64,000 nt of DNA from the human T2T-CHM13v2.0 reference genome, Homo sapiens. Numbering within the stretch: position 1 is the stretch's first letter; each line of letters begins with the position of its first letter. The position numbers were made by a program, and so were the translations under genes. This document shows, piece after piece, positions 42,660-53,725 of this stretch. Location: NCBI RefSeq assembly GCF_009914755.1, contig NC_060938.1. One strand, 5' to 3'. Under the pieces are notes generated by a model that saw nothing but the letters and a program-made list of their open reading frames with translations, ran no database searches and had not been told where the DNA came from.

Positions 42660-44854
42660 TTGATTTGCCACTGTTATATGTTTGATTTCACTAAATGTGG
42701 AAAAATCTCAGGTCTTTTCCAACTTGTGGATTAACACATGGCCAAGAATCTGAAATCAGGCACAAATACTTTTAAGAAAAAAGTTTTTGTCTTCTGTTTT
42801 GAGACTTTGTGAGAATTTGTTGTTTAGCACATTGGTGCTCATTGGGTACCAATGAAACAAAATGTGGTACCAAGGCATTTACTGTATCTAACAAATCAAG
42901 TATCAAGTCTAAATATTCTCAGCTAGGATGAAAACAAACTAGACTGGATAAAGGGTGAGTATCTGTATTAGGTTCATTTGCTACTTGCAGGTCTCCAGTG
43001 TAGACTGTTTGAGAAAAAGTCTTAAGTGACTTTTGTTCGAAGGCCCATGATAAGGAGAATAATAGAAGGAAACAGTTCAATAGATATAAATGCATGCTAA
43101 AAAGCCAGTGAAAAAATTCCCATGCTTCAGAACATTTTATTATTTTATATATTTTTTAATTTATTTGAAAACTATTCATTAATAATTTTCATGTTCATAA
43201 ACCTTTATCTTTCACTATAAAAAGAGGAGGAGGTGAAAGGAAGGGGAAGGCAATTAACATTGATTTAACATCTACTACATATAATCATTTTAAGTAAGTG
43301 AATTTACCATTTTAATATAGTAAAAACAAAATCTCACGTAAAGAATGAGTAAAGCAGCCTGTTCATGTTGCACTGGTTGTATTGGTATTGGTCTTTGGCG
43401 ATGAGATACTGTTGTGTCTGCTGACACATGCTGCTTTTCTGAAGTCATTCTTGCCCCACTGAAGGTTTTTGTTTTCTTTATCTAGATTCATTTATCATCA
43501 TTCACCAGGGACTATGCTGGACACTGAGGATGCAAAGATAATAAATTTATCTCTTGCCCTTGAATTTCTTAGTCATAATCAAAATTTCTTTTTCAGTGGT
43601 GCACATGTATGAAAAAGAAACAAGCTTCTTTCTTTTGTCTTGCCAATTGATCATTTTTATGAGGCACCCTACACTCACACTTTCCTAGAAAAGCAAGAAA
43701 AATACTTGCTTTAAGATCAGAGTTCAGGCTCTTAGACACATTATAGCCTCTCTAATAAATTAACATTCTCTTTAGGAAATACTCTCTTGGGATCAATACT
43801 CTGTTTTTCAGATTTTCTATTTGTCTCCATTCTTTTCTCCAAGATGACATCTGAGCATATAGGGATTTACATGATCTTGTAATTCTGGGGTGCAGTGGAG
43901 TCCCCTGGCTTAACACAGTGCTTAGGTACAGTCTGGCTGGGCTTATTGAAATGGGTCTTGTCAAGGATATTATGAGGCTTCCTCCCACAGAGGGCTGTAG
44001 CTGGTCTAGCTTATGTTGTTACCTCTTGGCTTGGTCAGGGACCGGTGGTATTTCTTGCTGACTAAGCCTCAACTCAGCCCTCACTGACCCTGCCAACTCT
44101 CTGTGGTCTGGATTGAGAGGCCCACCTGGCTCTCCTTTTGTTGGGGAGAGGCCGTCATTGTGCCTTTGTTGTCATGGCAATGCCTCTGTCAAGTTCACCA
44201 GCTGACCTCTCAAGAACCCTGGAGTCTCTTCTTGGGAGAATGAGAGAACAACAGAGCAAAGAGAATTCTAACCGAAGATCTCTCTCTGTCTACAACATCC
44301 CCACTCCAGGTTATTGTGGGGACAATATATGAGGCAATTTCCTCGCAGAGTTCTGACCTGGAAATGAAGTTGACATCCTTATGCTTTGGGCTTTTTTCTC
44401 AACCTGTCTCACACGCCTCCTTTCTAGGTCTTAGGCCAGGAGAGAGGAGAACACACATCTGAGCACCTGCTCCTCCTGCCTTATTTTTTATTCTCCAAAT
44501 CCTCTGACATGGAAAGGGTGAGCTTTCTCTTCCTTTCCCCTTTGCTTTAATAATCCCTTGAATCAGATACTCTTCTAATTTTGTGGGTGGCATTCCACTT
44601 TTTCTGTCTGTATGATTAAAATATAGGAGGGTGCAAGGAGAGAGAAATAGCGACTGTAATTCAGGAAGTATTTCTAAATGGTTATACCTCTCAAGGAAAT
44701 GTTTATTAGTTATTCCTTATTAGTCACAGAGTCAATAAAGAAAACCAGATGGTTTATTTTTTATTTGTCTCTTTTATAGTGGTCGGGTTTTGTTTTGTTT
44801 TAGTCTTTCGAAATGGGATACTAGTTCAGATTTCACATATATGCTGGAGGTCTT

Positions 44855-45325
<471 letters not shown>

Positions 45326-46339
45326 CTAGGCCACCATAGCCTTACTAAAGGTTTTAACTACATCAACTATAACCGTCATTGGCATCCAGTAAACATTTAT
45401 TAATAAACTCCACATGTTAGCCAATGTTGATGCTTGCCCTTGGGTGCTTATAGTTCTAATCAAGGATCTTTATAGTTATGATAAAGTAATTAAAATAAAA
45501 TAGGCAATCCTAGATCTATTCCCCCCCACCCCATCACTCTTTTTTGACAGATCTATTAAGATTAAATTATAAGTTATTAAAAGTGGATTTTCATTTTCAC
45601 GGAAAGCAGTCGTTTAATGTACAGAGACAAGAACAGGTAGTAATAAAATACTCAACTGAAAAATTCAGATTCATACCTGAGGCTGCTGCCTCATTAGTAC
45701 TGATAGGGTTTTGCTCAGTTACAATTTCACAAGACTGTAGGATTTCTTTTAGTGGGGTGATTTTGAGGGGTAAAGGACAAAGTCATAGTTTTTCATTCTG
45801 TACTTTCATTTTCAGATCACAGTGTTTTAGAAGAATCTGGGCTTTACTTATTCACCAGGCTTTCAATAGAGAATCACATTAATCCTTTTAAGCTCCTTAT
45901 TCTAATGATTTATTTTGTTGAAAACCATAGTGATCCTCCTTTGAATTTTAATGATTGCTGGCTATTCAAAGATTCATTGTTTTGACTTCCTGTCCTTACC
46001 TTTGTTTCCTACATGTCTGTGGGGAACACCTGTCTAATACTGGATCTGCCACTGGTTCTCACTGGCTTACCAGAGTCACTCAAGCCTATCTCTGAGTGTT
46101 AAGCTGAAATGCTGACTACTCATCCATAACAATAAATGTAGGATATATGTTTGCAGAGATAGGCAGATAGACAGCAGAGGGACAGATAAATGATTGAGTG
46201 ATGTCCCAGTGAAAACAGTATTTTGGATCTGATAGTATATATCAATATATTTGGAGCTGATAGTGATCCTTATACAGAAATTAGTTAAATTGTTATTCTT
46301 AATCATAAATCTATTAGGAAGTAATATCTGTAGAATATC

Positions 46340-46550
46340 TAGTAGAGGGGAAAGGGGTTCAAATTTTGAGAGTGCTGTTCTTACCCAAAATTCAGGACCA
46401 TGTAACCTTCTACAAGTCACTGACTCTCTATTTCTCAGTCTATTAAATGGCAGTGCTCTTTTTTAAGGATGCAGTGGTGATCTTTTTGTTCAAGTGCTGC
46501 AAATCCTCAGAAAGGGTTAGCAAATGGAAATAGCCATAACGTGTCTCAGG
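46340..46550 (+). mobile_element. Degraded MIR
   Basis: ggggttcaaattttg...tgtaaccttctacaagtcactgactctctatttctcagt...aaatgg. Confidence 0.55.
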
Positions 46551-46775
46551 TATGAGCATTGGAATTGCATATTACGTTTTCACAATCTAAGAGGTGGCTG
46601 TGTCGCAGGTTTGAGTTTCTATTTTGCCCACTGTGTAACAACATAGAAATTTTCTCTTCTCTTTTTGTAGATAACACTAGAAACATCATGGGTTTTCAAG
46701 AATATATTATTCTAATATAAGATTTTAACAACTACACTGTATTTATGCATACTACATTTTGTGCCTTATCTTCAG

Positions 46776-46896
46776 GCTTCTGGACTTTGATTCAGAATAT
46801 CAGGAGCTCTGGGATTGGCTGATTGACATGGAGTCCCTTGTGATGGACAGCCACGACCTGATGATGTCAGAGGAGCAGCAGCAGCATCTTTACAAG
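46776..46896 (+). CDS. AKAP6: AKAP6 internal coding exon (121 nt, phase 2 to 0; G+LLDFDSEYQELWDWLIDMESLVMDSHDLMMSEEQQQHLYK), helix A of a spectrin repeat
   Basis: Acceptor ttttgtgccttatcttcag|G and donor TACAAG|gttaga. Has the spectrin-repeat helix-A pattern (F...Y.EL..WL..ME) and is phase-compatible with the 29115-29263 exon. Confidence 0.95.
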
Positions 46897-49289
46897 GTTA
46901 GAGCTACCCTTCCTGCCTTTACCTTGCTGTGGAAGATCTGATTAGCCTGACAAGTCTCTCTCTCTCTCTCAGGATATCTTTTCGTTCATTGTATGTATCA
47001 TGGTGTCTATTAGAATTCCCTTCCCTGTCCCCAAACTCATTTCCATCCCTTGTGTGCTGACAGGCTGCACCGACATCATAATTGCAAGAAAGTTCCCTTT
47101 ATCACATTCTATTTGCTGTAATTCTATAGAAGGACAAAGATTTATCTTCAAGATGAATAGCAATAAATGAAACTGCATTCATAAATAGACTGAAACAAAA
47201 TGAAGGATAAATGGACTAGTAATGTTTAACAAAACGTGGTACGATTGGAGCACTCAGGTGGATTCTATCTACCCCTCAGATCTTCCCAGGGAAAAAAGAA
47301 ATTTGCCTTTGGTTTGGCTTGCTGCTGCCAAAGTACAGGCCTCATCCAATTTAATGTTTATTAGTGATACATAGAGCAGACGTTGTCATATTAAGTCAAT
47401 ACATTTCCATGTGATTTAAGAAAACTGGCTTGAAACTCATGTATTGATTGTAGGCAATCCATCTAATAACTATCTATATTGTTTTCCATGTTTGCTAATT
47501 CACCCTTAACCTACTGTATTTTACCAATTCTACTTAAATAGTCTTAGCAGTTCTTATAAAGCAATCATGTGATTTTGCCTAAAAAAAAAAAAAATGGTTG
47601 CAGGATTCACAGTGCCTGCAAAAGCTGTCAGGGGGAGGGAAGAGGGACTTTCCACTGAAATATCAGACTGCAGTAAATCTTCCTCATTTAGGCAATTTTT
47701 ATTGGAGTAATTCTGACAGTTGTCATCCTTGAATTGCTTTGAGCATATGGCATATTTCAAAGAGCAGATTGTGAATCATAAAAAATAAAATTAATAACTA
47801 ACCACAGAATCAGCAACAGTATAATGACAAGAAACAACTACCTTCTAGTTTTTAAAAATTTCTTATAGAATAAGAAGTACATTCAAGGTCAAATAAAAGT
47901 TGCCTTCTTTCTTCTTCAATGGTATCATTTTAAATTACCGTTCTTTAATAAATGATTTTAACTTTTACCTCCTCTAAAGAGAGATATTTGTACTTTTCAA
48001 GGGTCTGGTTGACTTTAATTAGTGTCCCCTAGGAATCATCTCAGTTAAGAGAAGATATAAGCTCCCCAGGGACCCAGCAAATGGGGACATTTTATTCTCT
48101 AAAGAATGCAGTCCAACCTTAATTGAGTTTGTTGACTGTTAGCTGTTTCCTGTATGGGTAGCTGTCCACATTAACAACACAGCTATCTAATATATCTTCT
48201 GGCATAACATATTGTTACAGTAACAGTCTCAACCTAATTTAACAAAAACTAGATGACTTCACATTTCACATCAGGATCAGGAATTACATATGAAAACGTG
48301 CATATAAATCTCTATTAATTTAGTGATAGAAAAATATTTTATCCCTAAGACTTAAGTATTAAGAATTGAGCCAAATGGGAAAAATATAAAAGGTTACCTA
48401 ACCATAAGCCATTATCTCGGACTTTATTGCACTCATGATGCCAAATAATATTTCTTTTCTTCTTGATGCATTTTTTATTTTGCACATAAGCCACTATTTT
48501 TTCAGAAACAGTGCTATTCTTTGTCAAAATCACATTCATATAATTTACATCACAATTAATAGGAAATCATTGAACAAAAATGCAGTCTTCTTTTTTCTTG
48601 CAGTTTCCTTATAAGTGCTTTGCCTGAAAATTCCCATTCTGGCATATTGAAGGCCATTATTCCACCCACTCAGAACTTCTGGGTTATAGTATTTTTCCAA
48701 ACATTTTCTGTACTGTGATTTTTCATTTGTGACTCACGTCCTGTCACCATTCTTCTGCTTTTAGGTGCTTAACATAGCTCTGCTCATTAGACCAGCACTA
48801 ACTTTACATTTGGCTTATAAGCAAAATTAAAGATTGAGTTAGAAACCAGTAGAAAATGCTGCTAGTCTGTAGGGTCTTTCTTTATGTGCACTCCCAAATT
48901 ATTCCAGAGGCTTGGAAGCCTCCAGAATAACCCTGAGGATATTGACTGAGGAGTCATGTAGAACTTCAGGTGACTCCTAAATTAGAAAAATTGATGAGAA
49001 GAATTAATTTCATGTCTTCTCAAGAATCCTCAGAGATTTCCAGGTTAAGTCAACATTTTCAATATCCTATTCCTCTGTTCTAATCTGCTTTTCCAGGAAT
49101 CAACTGAACTGATGCCTTGAGAAAGGGGTATTTATGGTCTGTTGATCATAGAGACCCCTGAAGGAGTAAAGCTTTTCAATTGGTGCCCAGGCCTTGCCAG
49201 GTTTTAAATACAATTTGAGACTACCTTATTTATCTCTAATCTTTGTATTTGTTGACCCCAAAAGATACCAGTGCTTTATTAACCTTTTT

Positions 49290-49440
49290 TATTAAGGGCA
49301 CCATTGACATTTAGGGCGAAACAATTTTTTTTTAGTTTGTGGGCCTGTCTTTTACACTACAGAACATTTACTCTTCATGTTCCCCACTCATTGTGACAAC
49401 TCAACGAGACCTCCCAACCCATTTTACAGCATTTCCCAGT
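49290..49440. mobile_element. MER20-like hAT remnant
   Basis: ggcaccattgacatttagggc...tgtgggcctgtc...cactacagaacattta...ttgtgacaac. Confidence 0.65.
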
Positions 49441-51281
49441 CCATCTCAACATATCTATACCATCTTTGTTTCTTAAAATACTTATATAACAACAAGGAAA
49501 ATGCCTTAAACTTGTACTGTAAACGTTATTGAACAAACACTTTATATAGCTGATATTGAACCAACAGTTGTGAGTTTAAAAATCAAGGATGAAAATGAAG
49601 CTCATCATCCCTAGTATTAACGAAAAGGATGAGGTGAAACTTTTAAGGGAGATCTTCAGCTGAGTGATGGCAAAAATCCTAGGAAACTGTAGAGCAGGAC
49701 CGAATCTTTATTCCTTCTATTAGAGCATTTAAAACCTTTGTTCTTCTCTCCCTGGGTGTCTCTCTGTATTTCATCACTCAACCCCTTTCCTGGAGTATTT
49801 ATGCCCAAACCCTGACTCATGCACTTATGAAGTCCTAGGTTGATCCCCAAGGTATGTGTTTAGAAATGTCAGGTTAGATAAAATCTAATAAGATGCTAGT
49901 CAGTGAGAGTGAAGCTTATTTAGCTTTTTCAACATTAGGCATTACCTTCCTGACTTTACCTATATATTTTTATATCCTGATTTGCACTAGAAAATCAGCT
50001 AGCCTTACCTCCTAAACATGAAACTACAGATTGTATGAAATACAGAAACCCTAGATTATCCACTCAGCAGATATCCTGAGTACAGCATCTATTGTGATAT
50101 TTAGGCTAATCCAAAGCCAGCAAAATACACAAGGAATTTATAAAGACAAATAATTGGATTTAATGGGCAAAGACTACATTAGTACAACTTAACATCATTC
50201 AGAAACCTTAATTAATACTGCAATGGGCTATAAAGTGGACTTTCTATTTGAACTATTTCTTGTTATTTTTATATTGTTAGAAATTTAAGATCATTTTTTG
50301 AGTTAATTTTAAACTGCAGTCTCAAGAGCAACCTAATTCCTATTAAAAACTAACCATTCCCTTAAATGTACTTTCTTCTTTGTTTTGAGACAGTGAGTTA
50401 TACTGCCAATGACTTCCCTTCCCCCTTATCTGTCTTGCTCTACCTCTGAATAGGAGCCTTCTATATCTATTTTCTAATGAACATTGGCAATATCGTCAGC
50501 CTAGAAAACACAAATGTAGTCTTTTCTCATTTTTTCTTCCTCAACCTGAGAATTACCTCGAAGGAGAATTTGCACCCACTCTCTCACTTTCTTTCTCGTC
50601 ATTCCTCCTCTCTTCCTAAGTAGGACAATTTAATTTGTCAAAAGTAACCACTATGATTTTGAAAGTTCAGCTCCTATTTGGACTAGAGTTACGACGCCAG
50701 AATTCATAATCACAGGGAGCTGTCACTCTGCTGGTCTGCATGTGCATTAACTATTAATGGAGAAATATTTAAAACCCACTTGTGAAGGAAAAGCTCCATT
50801 TTTTCATTTCTACAGATCAAAGGTGGCATTATTCTTGGGCTTGGGGAAGCTCATGACACCTCCTCCCCCATTCTCTAAGTGTTATAGACTGAGTGACCTA
50901 GAAGCATTTCAACGTTTAGAGAGTTATAGCTCAGACTGCTGCTGTTGCTGCTGCACTGTCCTCCCCAGCAGGTACAGCTGACATTGTAGTATGGTGAGGG
51001 TGTGCCCTATCAGAGGCTCCTTACCTATGCACAAAGGACTGCCAGTTCGCTGCTACCTACAGAGCACAGATGACAGATCTCCTAGTGATCCGAAGTTGGT
51101 CTGGAATTCCAGACTCCAAGGGTTAATTTCAAGGGCCAAATTCAGAAGTTGCAGCCTGGTGATTATTGTTATAATTAAACAAGAGTTTTCAGATAGTATG
51201 AAGCTCACTGAAACACCCCACTTATATATTTGTTCCTTGAACGATAGCTTACCTGCTCCTCATCAATAAAATATTAGATTA

Positions 51282-51689
51282 TAGTCATGGGCTGCATAAC
51301 AAGATTTTTGGCCTTTGAAGGACTACATATGCAATGGTTATCCCATAAGATTATAATACTATATTTTTACTATACCTTTTCTATATTTATGTACACAAAT
51401 ACTTACCATTGTGTTACGGTTGCCTACAGTATTCAGTATAGTAACATGCTGTACAGGTTTGTAGCCTAGGAGCAATAGGCTCTACCGTATAGCCAAGATG
51501 TGTAATAGTCTCTACCATCTACTCTATCATCTAGGTTTATCTAAGTACACTCTAGGATGTTCACACAGTGACAAAATCATGAAACACTGCTTGAATGGAG
51601 ACCAGAAAGTGAGGTGGGGAGAAAGGGAGAGATTATAGCAGGGATATACATTTCTCAGAACATACCCCGTTGTTAAGCAACATGATTTG
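51282..51689 (+). mobile_element. Tigger3a (MER7-type) non-autonomous TcMar element with a foreign internal insertion
   Basis: TA-flanked termini tagtcatgggctgcataac ... gttaagcaacatgatttg; body cagtattcagtatagtaacatgctgtacaggtttgtagcctaggagcaataggc. Confidence 0.88.
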
Positions 51690-53399
51690 TACATGATTTA
51701 TAAAGGGTTAAAAATAACTCTTCCAGCTTAAAAATACTACTAAATAAGTATCCAATTCAACTGAGATCTTTGTACTTTCAGAGAATTTATACTAAAGATT
51801 TTGTACTTAATTTTGTAGGTTAGTTACTCATATGGCTTCATTCATATAAGTCCAAACATGTCCTCTGTGTAAAAGGAAAAGGACCATTCATTTATATAAT
51901 ACAATGGCTACTAAACAGATCAATTACATTTTTACCCTGCTATGAATTTGGGGTTATTTATAAGAATCAACATGAAAATAATATAAATATTTTAAAAACA
52001 TAAATACAAATCAGACTGGAGAAAATATACATAGACTAGAAGTTGCATCTGTAAGAAGAGTTAATATGCCTGTATATAAACTGCAAAGCCCTACACAGTT
52101 ACTAAAACATGATCCCAATGTTATATTTTGAGTTTCCTGGTAGTGAAAGCAAAGAGGGAAATGTGTCCAGTTGCAAAATGTATACTTTCTATAAGAAAAA
52201 GAGATAATACTTCCTTTGAAGAAATTTTGTTTTGATTCTTAGATGTGAAAACATTTTCTTTTAGGATTTTTTTAAAATACAAGGGCTTAGAATGGTATGG
52301 TAAATAAATTTCTAACCATAATAATTATTAAATATAAATACGTGTGGAATAGAATTAGAAATTCTGAGGAATAGGAAATATAGAGTACAAGAAGAAGTAT
52401 GGAACATAGTTGACTTGCTATTTTATAACTATTGATATCAAAATGATGTCATAGATATGAACTAATCTCAGAAAACAAATTAATCACACTATTCCTGTAT
52501 TTCATAAATTCACACATTTCAGCTTTCTGGAATAGCTCTCTTTTATTTTGTTCTGGACCAAATTGATCTAACTAATTTCCGATGTGATTTGATATTCTTA
52601 TGACTAAACTTGAGCCCCTAAAAGTGTAATGTTAGGTTGGTTCATGGTCCAGGTCACAGTAGCTAAACTTGAAATAGAAGACAATTCATTAACTTTTTAA
52701 AAAAAAATTCACATGGTGGTGTACAGAATAGAAGGACGAGTCAAAAAATTAAATTCTGTTAATTAGGCCTTATATTGGAATTTCAGTGTTGAATGTTACA
52801 TCTCTACCCTGATGTTCAAAATGAAACAAATTACAGTTATTGAAGCAGTCAAGGTAAAAATGTTCTAGATATATCAGGCACAAGAATTTAATGGTAATTT
52901 TTTACCTCTTTTCCTGGTAGATTAATTGTATAGCTTAATAGTATGTTAGATTAAAACTCCATTAAGATAAGAAGAATATGCTTAAATTCATTATAATATT
53001 TCAAATAACATTATCTAGTCATTTAAAAAGTGATCAGAATGGAAAGATCTAGACTGTCTCCACTGCTTATCTAGAAATGAATTTGTTGTTTCATTTTTAT
53101 TAAAGTTTGAAAAGTCCTTAGATTAACTGTCATATTAATTTGAGCTTTGATGAATCAGTGTTTGCTATGAATACTTGAATATATTTTTTTTCCTTTTTTT
53201 TTTCTTTTTTTGAGAGAGGGCAAAACTTATCCTGAAAATGTTTAGGGGAAGAAAAAGTAGATGAATGTGGTTTCTCAACAATGTTTGAAACACTGTTCAT
53301 GCTGGAGCCTGTAATTCCTATTTGAATCACTTCTTTAAAAAGAAAAAAAAAAAGATGTTAAGAGAATAGGATGCCAAGAAATAGTTGGCTGTGTGTGTG

Positions 53400-53725
53400 G
53401 AGGGGCAAGGAAGGGAAGCCCCGCCAGCAGTTTTTGTCTCTAGCGGGTGAGCTACTGTCCGGAAGGTGCGTTGGCTCTCTGGGCTGGCCTCTGAGGCATT
53501 GTGCTGCTCCCTCTCTCCCTGGCCTGGCTGGCTCTGGCCTAGAGTGGATCAAACGAGCCGTGGGGAAAGTTCCCCTCATTTGCATCACTTCTAGACAGCC
53601 CTGTCGTACTCTTTGCTGACAGGAAATCACTGTCTTTGTCACCTTTTCTCAGGGCCCTCCTTTTGGCAGAGATGGGCCATGTGACCACGCTTAATCACAA
53701 CAGGGCTGGCTCAGGACTCAATGAC
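53400..53725. promoter_or_regulatory. Candidate intronic enhancer or internal promoter
   Basis: Apparently non-repeat, locally GC-rich, with about 8 CpGs in ~270 bp. Contains a GC box (ccccgcc), ETS cores (ccggaag, caggaaat), a kB-like palindrome (53562-53575) and the octamer ATTTGCAT (53578-53585). Confidence 0.5.

Noticed and set aside
50936-50954. Short CTG run (poly-Cys in the ORF track)
   Set aside because: Only about 6 interrupted units, with no coding context.
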